DNA of 63,788 bases, filler included, from Stramenopiles sp. TOSAG23-2 (taxonomy: Eukaryota): assembly GCA_900128395.1 (NCBI GenBank). It is 9 parts of 9 records of this genome, joined end to end, with 100 filler letters (N's around TTAATTAATTAA, not from the genome) between each part and the next. Parts side by side here need not be neighbours in the genome. Positions count along the whole stretch, not along the records: positions 1 to 26,149 come from LT649441.1; 8 more parts are not named here. One strand, written 5' to 3'. Both the position numbers and the translations under genes were made by a program. Below the pieces are notes generated by a model. The model did not search any database and had not been told where the DNA came from. It worked only from the letters and a program-made list of their open reading frames with translations. This document shows, piece by piece, positions 1 through 10,955 of this stretch (the first letter of the stretch is position 1; every line of letters begins with the position of its first letter).

Positions 1-989
1 GAGTATTAGTTTGCAGAGGTGCATTAGAGCTTTACTATAGTAGGATAGAATATTATTATTCTTGCGCTTGAGTATTGAGCATAATTACTTAACACGAGAA
101 ATGTAAAATTATTTTAACTTAGATTTTAACCATCGCATTATTATATATGGTATTTTTATATATATTTAGAGTGTCTGTGTGCGTACAACATAATACGAAC
201 ACGCGTAATTTTTTATTTAAAACGTAATTTAAATATAGTTAAATTTTTAACATAGTTTGTGTTGTTCTTTTTTGATTCTTAAAAAAACTACAACCTAAAA
301 AAACTCTTCTTTATAAAACCACAGATTCTTTTATAAGTCACAATAAAACATCTTTAAATCACACAACGAAGCAAAACATTACATAAATGAACACAGTCTT
401 GTCGTATATGCCTCCCAATGTCTTAAAATCTAGTTTTGGACAACAAACGTTGCAAACTTTCATGATTAATACTCGGCTTATCTTATATATTTAAGTATTA
501 ATTCTTTTTCTTCTTTTTCTTCTTCATCAATTCTTCCTCATTTTTTATTTTTTTTTGTGCATGTAAATGTATGATATTGTATATATATATTAAATACACA
601 CAATTACAAACACAAACATGTTTATACGCACATCACAATGTGCGACTTAATTTTCATTTCGTTTATTATTAAAAAATATGTTTTGTATATCTATATTCAG
701 AGTGAAAACAAAAACCAATTATCAATATTACACTCAATTTTCTTCTTTTTTGTAATTTGTATATTATATATTATTTTGTAAGCCGATTAATAAATTTTTT
801 TTTCTTTCTTTTTTTTTTTATTTTACATAATATTAAACTTGATATTAACTTAATAATAAAATATTAGAAATTATTTCTGATATGAACATATAATATATAT
901 TAATATTAATAATAATAATATTTGATGAACGAAATTAAAATACTTTGTCACCCGTTGGTGTATCGCATATACAAGTTTTTTGTGCAAAC

Positions 990-1505
990 TTATGCACGTC
1001 TGTCAACACGGATGGAGATAGCACGTCCTTCAATTTGTGTGCCGTTCAAGTTGTTCATTGCGTTGGTTGCTTCGTCTGCGGTACCAAATTTTATGGTACC
1101 CCAACCACGGGAACGTCCTTTTTTGTCCATTTGAACCATAGCGTTAACTGCACCCTGGAACAATTGTGCAAGGTCTTCGCCAGTGGTTGCCCATGGTAAA
1201 TTACTAACATAAAGGGAAGTACCAGTGAAGTTGTAGTCTTCATTGTTGTTGTTGTTGGTTGGTTCAGTTTTACCACGATCCACACGTACAACAATTTCCC
1301 GTCCACCCATATCATTACCGTTGGTGTTTTCGATTGCACTGTTTGCATCACCTTCACTACCGAAAGTAACAATACCGTAACCACGGGAACGGCCATTTTT
1401 ACCAATAACAACTTCAGCAGATTGACAGTTGAATGGTCCGTATTTTGCTTGTAAATCTTCAGACGTAGTGGTCCATGGTAAGTTTCCAACAAAGATTGCA
1501 GACAT
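990..1505 (-). CDS. Two-RRM nucleic-acid-binding protein (Gbp1/Gbp2-like)
   Basis: ATG at 1505 (MSAIFVGNLPW). Two RRMs with RNP2 (IFVGNL, LYVSNL) and RNP1 (GRSRGYGIV, GRSRGWGTI). Each ends GR.I.VR.DR as in G-strand-binding proteins. Confidence 0.85.
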   Translation of the reverse strand: MSAIFVGNLPWTTTSEDLQAKYGPFNCQSAEVVIGKNGRSRGYGIVTFGSEGDANSAIENTNGNDMGGREIVVRVDRGKTEPTNNNNNEDYNFTGTSLYVSNLPWATTGEDLAQLFQGAVNAMVQMDKKGRSRGWGTIKFGTADEATNAMNNLNGTQIEGRAISIRVDRRA

Positions 1506-2392
1506 GATTATAAACAATAGATTTTTTTTTTTGTTATTTGTATATATTTAATATTAAAACGGTTATTTTTTTCTTTAAAGAATATATGATTTGTGTATAT
1601 GTAACATATGTATGTGTATTCTTCTATGATGATGATATATGTTCTATTATTTTTATAGTTCTAGTTAGATTATTTTAATTAATTGTGCGGCTGCAAGGGT
1701 TTGTATCTAATGGTATTTCCATACTAATGTCCAAACTAATGTTTTAAGATTTTATACGATGTGTGTGGACAACTCCAGAACTGTGTGGACCACACTGTGG
1801 ACAGAGTATTATGAGAATGGACGAAAGTAGTAAAATAACACTATACACTATAGGATATATTGATTTATATATGTATACTATATAGTATACAATACATCCT
1901 ATATCACCATAATCATCGAAACGATAAAACTGTGGGTTCTTTCTTTCTGGTGGTCTTTTTTCTGATGGGTGGTTCAAATTGATTGGATTTCTTCTTTGTT
2001 GGTTCCTCCAGGTTCCTCACATCGTATAGAGTTATATACACTACATAGCATTATAATGGTATTACTATATGATATTTATTTTCCCACTTCGTACTTATTC
2101 TATACTACATACTACATTATACCTATCAAATATACAATGGTATGTCTATCTTATCGTTTCAAAAAGAAAAAAGAAGTTAGAAGAGATGCAAAAAAAAAGG
2201 GGGACGAAATACAAATTGTATTAAAAATATATATAGTTACAAATGAAAATAACAACAATGAATTACAAATAATATTTATTATTAATTTTGAAAAAATTTG
2301 TTATATATAGTAGAAATAGTCTCTTGTATATAATATATATATAGACTATATATATATATATATACCACACACAAAGAATAATAACGACGACG

Positions 2393-3085
2393 ATGAATTA
2401 CAATAATATTTTATTTACAATATGTATAACATTCATGTATATTAGTTTCACCACTTCATTGCCTATATTACGTCACCAACATCTTAAAACGACTAAGAAA
2501 CTTCAAAATATGATTGAAAATACTTTATTAGAAATAGGACAATTAAGAATCCAAGCGGAACAAAGTGTAGATATTCCTTCCCCTGGGGCAACTGGTGTAG
2601 CTGCTGCACCTGCAGTAGCAAATGCAACTGTAGTAGGCAGTGGAACCGTTGGTAGTAATAGTAATAAAACATCAAATAGTCAAGAGACAGTAGCATCAAC
2701 AAAACTTGCTGAAAATAGAGTAAAAGGTATTACACAAAAAGCACAAGATGCTGCTGATAAAGCAACTGTAGACGCGACAAATAAATTGACAAATAAATTA
2801 TTCAACCAGCCAAAAGAAACATTTGGTGATTTCAAAGGCGATACCACGAATTTGTTCGACCATGATGCTGAGCTTGCTTTAAACTATGGTAATAAAAATC
2901 CATTAGTAGCTGTTGATGAAGCAGAACTTAAAAACAAACCAGAAGAAAATCCAACTGGTGGTGCTGAGAAAAAAACAAGTGCAACTGGTGGTGAAATGGG
3001 TACAACTGGTGCAACTGGTGCAAGTAACTCTGCAACAGGAAATGCTAATTCAGGTGTTGTAGGTTCTTCTACTGGTAATGCTTAA
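2393..3085 (+). CDS. Secreted low-complexity protein with ATG/SATG Gly-Ala-Thr-rich motifs
   Basis: Hydrophobic N-terminal signal peptide (ILFTICITFMYISFTTS). Repeated GATG/SATG peptides. Clean 230-aa ORF. Confidence 0.7.
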   Translation: MNYNNILFTICITFMYISFTTSLPILRHQHLKTTKKLQNMIENTLLEIGQLRIQAEQSVDIPSPGATGVAAAPAVANATVVGSGTVGSNSNKTSNSQETVASTKLAENRVKGITQKAQDAADKATVDATNKLTNKLFNQPKETFGDFKGDTTNLFDHDAELALNYGNKNPLVAVDEAELKNKPEENPTGGAEKKTSATGGEMGTTGATGASNSATGNANSGVVGSSTGNA

Positions 3086-3252
3086 AACTAATGATTTTTG
3101 TACAAAACAATATTTATATAATTTTATGTATATATATACTAAAGATAGTAATACCACTCGTATCCTTTTAGTAGACGACACTTCTCTGCTGTACCCTCTC
3201 TTTTTTAATATTTTTAAAAAACAAAAAATAAAACTCATATATATATATTAAG

Positions 3253-3407
3253 TTTACGCATATAATTTATTTTTAATGTACTCCAGGATAATAATTCCTA
3301 CTCTTCTTCAAAAGAATACAAATAACTGAAATAATCTATCTCACACTATGATATATGATAGTGTGTTGATATTGAATATCATACCAATGAAGGTAAATAG
3401 ATGGTAT
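3253..3407 (+). repeat. Dispersed ~150-bp repeat, copy 1
   Basis: Shares blocks tcttcaaaagaataca, taactgaaa.aatctatctcacact and accaatgaaggtaaatagatggtat with 10683-10825. Confidence 0.75.
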
Positions 3408-3884
3408 CAACTACTCATACTCGTAGCAGTTGATGAAAAACGAACATCATAAGGAAGGCGGAGAATAAATTGTACCGGGGTACAAGTCATTATACGACTC
3501 ACTAAATGCACATTTTAAAGCAAAACGATTTATTATTTAAGCGCAACTTTTAATAATCGCGGGGTTTGTATATCTCTACATGTAGTAGAAATCCAATTAG
3601 AAGCTGCGAGCTCCTTTACTTCGGCTATAGTTCGAGATCTTTGCAAATTTGATTTTAGCGACTGCTTTTAAAAAGGTAAAATTAGCAACTCTGAGCAAAA
3701 GTTAAACTCATATACTGTATATATATGACACACACATGCAAATTTTACACACTGCTCTTTTCTCTATACATACTTTGTAAAATCATACATTACACACACA
3801 CACACATGTGTATAATTAGGGCAGACACACACACTTTTCTACGAACTTCATACTACGAAGGCGCATCTCTAGAAAGTTCGTACA

Positions 3885-5444
3885 CTAGATTTTAATCTTT
3901 CGTTTGTATAATAAAGAGTGTTGATAATTTTTATAAAAATCAGAATGAATTAATTCATCATTGTATTGTTGTAATATTAAATCAGTAGTCCATTTTCGCC
4001 CTGTATCTAAAATTGCCAATCTTGTAAAATTGCTACCAGTTAATAAATCTATGAAATTATTATCAAGAAAATAAAAATCTACAACCTCTTTACTTTTACT
4101 TTCAGCATTGTCATCATTGACAATCATTTTTTCTTCGAATTTCATTGCCAAATTACTACTTGTCTTTTTCCCAGCCATTGATTGTGCTAAAAATAAAATA
4201 TCCAAAACTAAACGAAATGGATCAAAACAATTTGGATCTGTTACGTATATATCAATGCCATTCGAAATATTACCTTGAAATTTGCTAAATGTTGGTGTAA
4301 AATATGCATCTCGTATTGCTATTCCACAATAGTTATTATCGGTATTTTGGATTAAAGATTTCAAATGTTGTGAAAAAGTATAATTTAAATAAGGTGCACC
4401 TATTATTTGAAATGGCTTTGTTGTCCCTCTACCTTCACTTAACGTAGTACCTTCTAAAAAACATATACCTGGATATGCAAATGCAGTTTCTATTGTAGGC
4501 ATATTGGGCGATGGTAAAACAAATGGAATTTCAGTAATTGGATATGTTTTTTGTACATCCCAATTTGTCATTTGAACCACATATACATTCAAATTATTTT
4601 TCTTCTTATCATTTATGAACCGTTTGTTATTATTATTATTATTATTGTTGTTGTTGTTGTTGTTGTTGTTGTTTTTGTTGTTTTGTCCGATAGTTGAAGT
4701 CGACGACGATGATGATAAAAATGCGGTGGGACATCGATTCATTGCATTTGAATAAAAATACAACGCTAATTCCCCTACAGTCATCCCATGTTGAATTGGT
4801 ATATTGACTTTTCCTACACCTGAAAAATATTGTGAACTTAAAATCATTGGCCCGTGAATTTTTTCACCGCCTAAAGGATTTGGCCGATCAAGTACAATAA
4901 ATTGTATCTTTGATGACACCATAGAAGAAGATGCAGCACACATCATATCATACATAGTCCATATAAAGGTATAAAAACGAGCACCGACATCTTGTATATC
5001 AAAAATAATGGTATCAACTTTAGTAGTTTTAATCATTTGAATTAATTCCGTAGAATTTTTTCCATACGTGTTATAAACTGTTAAGTTTGTTTGTGGATCT
5101 AAATATTTACTTTTTCCACCATGACCAGCCTCAGCTGCACCACGAAATCCGTGTTCAGGTCCAAATACAATTAATTCCTTTACTTTTAAATTACCTTGTA
5201 ACATATCGTCATGCATAACATCAACTATATGATTCAAGGTCTTTGGTAATAAAGACGTTGGATTTGCTATGATTCCGACTGTTTTTGAATTACTCAATTC
5301 ATTATACTTATTATTTACAAAATTTTCAACACCTAATATTATTCTAGCATGCAATGGATGTATGGCAATTGCTATTATTATTATAATCACAGCCACAGTT
5401 TCTACTATCAATATTGACATTCTCACTTTACGATAGGTTGCCAT
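3885..5444 (-). CDS. Exo-beta-N-acetylmuramidase NamZ/YbbC (DUF1343) family, secreted or membrane-anchored
   Basis: Motifs NPTS, FGPEHGFRG, FDIQDVGARFYTF, LDRPNPLGG, HGMTVGELA, PSPNMPT, EGTTLSEGRGTTKPF. N-terminal hydrophobic segment and an internal poly-Asn insertion. Confidence 0.9.
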   Translation of the reverse strand: MATYRKVRMSILIVETVAVIIIIIAIAIHPLHARIILGVENFVNNKYNELSNSKTVGIIANPTSLLPKTLNHIVDVMHDDMLQGNLKVKELIVFGPEHGFRGAAEAGHGGKSKYLDPQTNLTVYNTYGKNSTELIQMIKTTKVDTIIFDIQDVGARFYTFIWTMYDMMCAASSSMVSSKIQFIVLDRPNPLGGEKIHGPMILSSQYFSGVGKVNIPIQHGMTVGELALYFYSNAMNRCPTAFLSSSSSTSTIGQNNKNNNNNNNNNNNNNNNNKRFINDKKKNNLNVYVVQMTNWDVQKTYPITEIPFVLPSPNMPTIETAFAYPGICFLEGTTLSEGRGTTKPFQIIGAPYLNYTFSQHLKSLIQNTDNNYCGIAIRDAYFTPTFSKFQGNISNGIDIYVTDPNCFDPFRLVLDILFLAQSMAGKKTSSNLAMKFEEKMIVNDDNAESKSKEVVDFYFLDNNFIDLLTGSNFTRLAILDTGRKWTTDLILQQYNDELIHSDFYKNYQHSLLYKRKIKI

Positions 5445-5829
5445 TGTTTATAAATATATATGTTGTGCAGGCATATGATTATTTATTATTATTATTATGT
5501 ATATGATTTACTTTTACTCTGACATTATAATTATTTATATATTATATTTTGGATATTAAAAAATACAATGATACTATATCCTATGGTACCCACCACAACA
5601 GGCAGGAGTGAGGTCGCTATTATGCTGGTATGCACACATTATGGCCATAGTACCTGGTATTAATAGTAATTGACCGCGTACGAAATATTAATTCAATTAT
5701 TTCAATAATATATTATAGCTTATTATACACTTGTAAAGAAAGTTTGTAAGTATTTATTTTAATTTTATTTAAATAAAATATATAATATACGTACAAAAAA
5801 AATAAAAATACAACACGCGGTTGATTATA

Positions 5830-8800
5830 TTACAAGCCAAACTCAGCAACTTCTACGCCACTGCTTCCTGTACCACTATCATCATCGCTACTATAATCAT
5901 TTTCCTCCTCCTCCTCCTCGTCTTCTTCTAAATCGTTTACCATGGAGTCACGCACAACAGTCAATTCTGTCATTGCCATTTTCTTAATTTTACTATCATC
6001 TTCGGCTAATTCCAAACATTGATTTAAATAATCAATTGCTTCATCGTATCTTTCTAAACTTTTGTAGGAATGTGATAAATTGTATAATATATATGTTTCT
6101 TTAGATACTTCGCCAAGATCTTGAAATATCTTTATACATGTCAGATTATTGTCAATAGCAGCATGGCTATTGCCCATTGCCTCTTGGAGTGATGCTAAAT
6201 TTGATAATGCTTTTCCTTCCAATAACTTGTCTTTCAATTCAATTGCAATTTCTTTCGCCTCCTCAAAAATTTCCTCACCTTTTTGAAATTCGCGACGTTG
6301 ATAATGTTCTCTTCCTGATTTTAACAATGCATCAATATCTTCTCTTAATTCTATCGCATAATCTTCTTGAGTGAAATCCATTTCATCTGCATTCGATTGT
6401 TTACTTGAGCGTCTAGATCTTGGTGTAGTAGGTGTTGCTGAACGAACTGATATCGTCTTCACGTCTTTTAATGAATTTATTTTCAATGGTTTCGTTATTT
6501 TCGGTGGTGCAAAAGTATCGGCATGGTTTTTATTATTATTATCATTATCATTATTATTGTTGTTGTTGTTGTTTAATTCTATATCTTCAATAGGCATTTC
6601 CAAATCTTTCTGTTTCCTTTGTTGTTCTATTATATTTTTACGGATCAATTCTAGCTTTTCTTTCTCTTCTTGTAATTTTTGAGCTTCAAGTGCCATATAT
6701 TTATTGATATTTTGTATCTCTTCTCGGACTTTGTTCAACGATTCTTTTGCACGATCACGTTCAGCTTCAACTTGTTTTAATTCTATTTCTTCGGAAGACA
6801 TTTCCCGTTTCTTATTTTTCTTTAAACTATTTGCACCCCCTTTGTTGCGTATTGCGGCTAATAATGGCGAGCCGCCACCATCAGGGGAAGATGTTTCAGA
6901 TGTTTCTTTCTTTTTCTTTAAACTATTTGCACCTCCTTTGTTACGTATAGCAGCTAATAATGGCGAGCCGCCACCATCAGGGGAAGATGTTTCAGATGTT
7001 TCTTTCTTTTTCTTTAAACTATTTGCACCTCCTTTGTTACGTATAGCAGCTAATAATGGCGAGCCGCCACCATCGTTTCCAAGAGGTGAAGGTGTTTTTT
7101 GTTTTTTTTTCAAACTATTTGCATCTCCTTTATTACGTATAGCCGCTAGTAATGGATTGCCTCCACCACTACCATCACTAGGAGATGAAACAACAGGTGC
7201 TTTCGATGAGGATTTTTTTATCAGACTATTCGAACCCCCCTTGTTACGAATTGCAGCAAGCAAGGGATTACCACCACCACCGCCGCCACTACCAAATGGA
7301 CTTGTTTTTTTCGCACTCCTCGGCGGGGTGCGTTTACTAGGACTTGATTTTGCAATGTGTTCTTTTTTCTTCTTCTCTTCAATTAATTGATCTACATTTA
7401 ATATGGTTGTTTTTGAATATAGTGTGACTGTAGTTTTCACAATGGTTTCTTTCGGTTCTTTGCCTTTTTTTTTATTGTCAATCGCCATAGTTTCATGCGA
7501 TTGTCTATGTGCACGCCCTAATCCAGCAAATAAACGGCTCCAATTACCACTTACTTCATACAATATACCACCATTCACACTTGTCATTTTTACATGTTTT
7601 TTATCATTAAAAGAATTCAATAATTGACTTTGGTTACCTTCCCATCCTATAACGTGCATGGTAGCTGGTAGATCATTGCCATTTAAAAAAAATGATGTAT
7701 GAAGATACGGCTCAGTCGCATGTGTTACAGGGTATTCAATAGGTTCAGGGTCTATTTCAAACGTGATAGCAGCCATAAATTCAATTGCTTTAATCGATTC
7801 CTTATTAATATTAAAATAATCTAATACTTGATCTAAAACATCATCTTCCAATCCTATACCGTCTTCGTCGCCATGAGTAGCTAATATTATATGTACATTT
7901 TTTCTTTTCTTTTTGTCATCCTTTTTTGTAGCCTTATCTGTATTTACATGATTATCGTCGCTGTCATAATCATTGTTTTTAGGTCCACCTAAAAGTGCAA
8001 TATTTTCCATCATTGGAGTTGAAAGTGGTAAACAATTAAGTCCATATATTTCAACAGCATTTAATAGTTTATATGGGAGAAAATGATCAAATACATATAC
8101 ACAAGAACCGGCAAAATTGGATTGAAGTAATACACCAACAAGACCTTCACTACGCCAAAATGGTAATGCGCCTAATATTTTATCATTCTCGTTCGGAACG
8201 AAAACATCCTCTATGGTTTGTCCGTCTGGTTTTTTATCATCAGCACCACCTTCTTCCTCCGTTTCATTTATGTCTCCAATAATACTTTTAAACGTTGACA
8301 ATATTTGATTATGATTTGCTTCATAACGTTTTAGCTCGCCACCACCAATAGGTGTATAGTAATATAAGCCAAGATCCGTATCATCAAAAGCCTCGATGAT
8401 AGCATCATCCGGTATCCAACCTTCGTTTTGAAGTAAACTACCAAATGGCTTTGCACCATCGCAACCACCAAATACATAAATATGTTTAACATTGGATTTC
8501 TTCGCCGCTTCTTTTGCTTTTTCAATTAACGGTGGCACAGTAAATAATACAGTTGCACCAGAATCTTGAAGTTGAAAAGCAAATTCGTCTGCATTCCAAA
8601 ATGGAGACGATGGTGCAAAAATACCTCCAAGCATCTGTGTCGCGTGTATTACTAAATTCCATTCCAGCATATTCGGTGCAAAAACGGCAACAACAGTGCC
8701 TTTCTGTACATTACATTTATTAGCTAAACCATAGGCTAATTGTTTTGAATAATCAAGAAGTTCTTGATAGGAAAATGATCTACCAGTAATTCCATCTACT

Positions 8801-8868
8801 ATTGCTATTTGTCTTCCCAATTCCATCTCCTGGATATTCTCCTCTAATAATGCTTGCGTTTGCCCCAT
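5830..8868 (-). CDS. Multidomain protein: degenerate AMP-binding (4CL/luciferase-like) domain + tandem WH2 repeats + coiled coil + TPR + acidic tail
   Basis: N-terminus IAIVDGITGRSFSYQEL...VAVFAPN...QLQDSGATVLFT. Five LLAAIRNKG..NSL(K/I)K units. TPR-like LEGKALSNLASL and ILYNLSHSYKSLERYDEAIDYLNQCLELA. Confidence 0.8.
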   Translation of the reverse strand: MGQTQALLEENIQEMELGRQIAIVDGITGRSFSYQELLDYSKQLAYGLANKCNVQKGTVVAVFAPNMLEWNLVIHATQMLGGIFAPSSPFWNADEFAFQLQDSGATVLFTVPPLIEKAKEAAKKSNVKHIYVFGGCDGAKPFGSLLQNEGWIPDDAIIEAFDDTDLGLYYYTPIGGGELKRYEANHNQILSTFKSIIGDINETEEEGGADDKKPDGQTIEDVFVPNENDKILGALPFWRSEGLVGVLLQSNFAGSCVYVFDHFLPYKLLNAVEIYGLNCLPLSTPMMENIALLGGPKNNDYDSDDNHVNTDKATKKDDKKKRKNVHIILATHGDEDGIGLEDDVLDQVLDYFNINKESIKAIEFMAAITFEIDPEPIEYPVTHATEPYLHTSFFLNGNDLPATMHVIGWEGNQSQLLNSFNDKKHVKMTSVNGGILYEVSGNWSRLFAGLGRAHRQSHETMAIDNKKKGKEPKETIVKTTVTLYSKTTILNVDQLIEEKKKKEHIAKSSPSKRTPPRSAKKTSPFGSGGGGGGNPLLAAIRNKGGSNSLIKKSSSKAPVVSSPSDGSGGGNPLLAAIRNKGDANSLKKKQKTPSPLGNDGGGSPLLAAIRNKGGANSLKKKKETSETSSPDGGGSPLLAAIRNKGGANSLKKKKETSETSSPDGGGSPLLAAIRNKGGANSLKKNKKREMSSEEIELKQVEAERDRAKESLNKVREEIQNINKYMALEAQKLQEEKEKLELIRKNIIEQQRKQKDLEMPIEDIELNNNNNNNNDNDNNNKNHADTFAPPKITKPLKINSLKDVKTISVRSATPTTPRSRRSSKQSNADEMDFTQEDYAIELREDIDALLKSGREHYQRREFQKGEEIFEEAKEIAIELKDKLLEGKALSNLASLQEAMGNSHAAIDNNLTCIKIFQDLGEVSKETYILYNLSHSYKSLERYDEAIDYLNQCLELAEDDSKIKKMAMTELTVVRDSMVNDLEEDEEEEEENDYSSDDDSGTGSSGVEVAEFGL
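6808..7292 (-). repeat. Five tandem WH2-like coding repeats (~96-120 bp period)
   Basis: GGG(N/S)PLLAAIRNKG(G/D)(A/S)NSL(K/I)KK x5. Copies differ at synonymous sites except for one exact 96-bp duplication. Confidence 0.85.
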
Positions 8869-9371
8869 CTTCTCCTTTCTTTTGTTTCTATGTTTTTCTC
8901 TTTGTTGTTTTTTTCAAATGTATTCTTCTTTGTACCGTATATTATCTTGTTTATAGTTTCATTTGTATTATTGATAATAATAGCAAAACAATATATCATC
9001 ATCATATATATCATCATAATAAAAAATCCATTCTCCATCATCATCATCATCAGGAGGAGGAGGGCACACCACTGGCACACCAGCACACCACCATCACTGC
9101 TGCAGTTCGTTGTTATAATAATAATAAAAATCCATATATTCATCTAATTGTGTATAATTTTCTATGATTGAAGAAGAATTTATTATAAATATTATTATCA
9201 CATGATATACCTGTATAGAAAAGAAAAGAAGAAATATCATAACCAGGCGCATAGTAAAAAAAATACGACCCAAAGGAAGAAAGCGAATGGATAACTGTAG
9301 AGAAACGGCAATAAAGATAGATAGATTAACAACCATCATCATTTCATTATAACAAGAAATAATAGAATAGA

Positions 9372-10570
9372 ATGAAGAGGAACCATGAGTTGTATTTCCA
9401 TCTTTTAACATTAATTTGTAAAATATTGCTTGGTATGTTTATAATTGGTACGTAAATTCTATTCCCTTCAACCTAAAAAAAAAGACACCCTCTAACACAT
9501 CACTCCTTCATACACTACGCTCCACAGTATTAATCTTTGGATACGTTTTGAAAGCGTGTTTGAAATTGTTTCATCCTTTTAAAAAAATTAGATCAGTGAA
9601 ACATCGATTATGTGGATTATGTTTGATACTGTGGCATCTCTATGGTATTTTGTCATTCTCTAATATTATATTTCAAACGCCAAAATCATATTTTATGTAT
9701 GATATCGTCTTAGGTTTTCTTGGAATCTTAACAACTATTTCTGCAGCATATGATTTTAACTTTGGTGTGCATATAAAAAAAAATGCAAATAAAGCATCTG
9801 GTACACTAAATGAACATGCTACTGTTACGTCTTCGGAAATGTTTGAACATAGCTTTTATCAAATTATTAATTTATTGCAAGTAATGTATTTATATATTGT
9901 TGGTGATCACAGTCATATATTCACAACACAACAACGGATGTTTGCTGCGTTGCTTATAACATCATTTTGGTATGTTCGTAATAAATTTCCAGTGAATCAT
10001 TTTCAACATAATTACAACAAAGGACAAAACCCATTTACATTTATTTCAATTATGTATCGAATGAAAAAATATCAATATGTGTTTTATAAACATTTTTTAT
10101 TACATGGATTAAATATTACTGTTGCATTAGATGGTTTAAAAATTGCTAGAAGTGATGATTTTCGTATGTATTGGTTTTGTTTAAATATAAGTTATGTCAT
10201 GGAATTTTTTCTACAAACATTGGTTAAGAAAAAATATATGAAACAATCTCATATGATTAATATGCAACGTTTGCTTATGTTTGTTAGTACATTAAGTGCT
10301 TTACGTGTTTTAGCATATATTCGTTTCATACCATCTTTCTTATCATTGTTTTTAAATTTCACAAGGCGTAATCATGAAGTAACAAATTTTGTTATTGTAT
10401 TATTTGCGTCAAGATTAATACAATTACGCCCTATATTTTTATTGCCATTACTTCTTGCAATTATATGTGTTGCATTGTTAGATAATATCATTGAAACAAT
10501 ATATGGCAATGATGGTGAGGGTGATACTAGTGATAGTAAAGTCATCAATGAGAAGAAAAAAGTAGAGTAA
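9372..10570 (+). CDS. Multi-pass membrane protein of unknown function (2 exons, intron 9448-9527)
   Basis: ATG at 9372. An intron GTACGT...CTAAC...CAG joins exon 1 in frame (MKRNHELYFHLL...IIV-LIFGYVLKACLKL) to the long ORF. Many hydrophobic segments and His-containing motifs (EHSFYQ, KHFLLHG). Confidence 0.75.
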
Positions 10571-10682
10571 TAAACACACATGGCATGACATACTGGGTTG
10601 GGGTATAATTATCATACCGATGATATCATTATGATACCGCTTCGTACGAGCGTAATAATTTTGTATATATATATTTAATTAA

Positions 10683-10825
10683 TTTACGCACAATTTATTG
10701 TTTTAATTTACTCATGATAATTTCTACTCTTCAAAAGAATACAATAACTGAAAAAATCTATCTCACACTTAATGTGTTTGATATTCCCATAATAGAGAAA
10801 ACCAATGAAGGTAAATAGATGGTAT
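10683..10825 (+). repeat. Dispersed ~150-bp repeat, copy 2
   Basis: Diverged copy of 3253-3407, also in a convergent intergenic region. Confidence 0.75.
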
Positions 10826-10955
10826 GATATCATAAAAATATAATATATAATATATATTTTCCTACATACGTACAACAAAACGTCAGATAAAATATATTAA
10901 AAAAATTATTTTTTTATTTTGTGACACATATTGCTTCGTACCACCCATACAACTT

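Noticed and set aside
6371..7627. Long antisense ORFs (also 36791-37561, 54744-55337, 31693-32154 and others)
   Set aside because: They are shadows of real genes on the opposite strand, with no independent motifs.
8802..9411. Hydrophobic or His-rich short ORFs in AT-rich intergenic DNA (also 1744-2310, 23067-24299, 38965-39506, 51969-52260)
   Set aside because: They are low-complexity translations of (ATC)n/(TA)n promoter sequence with no family motifs.
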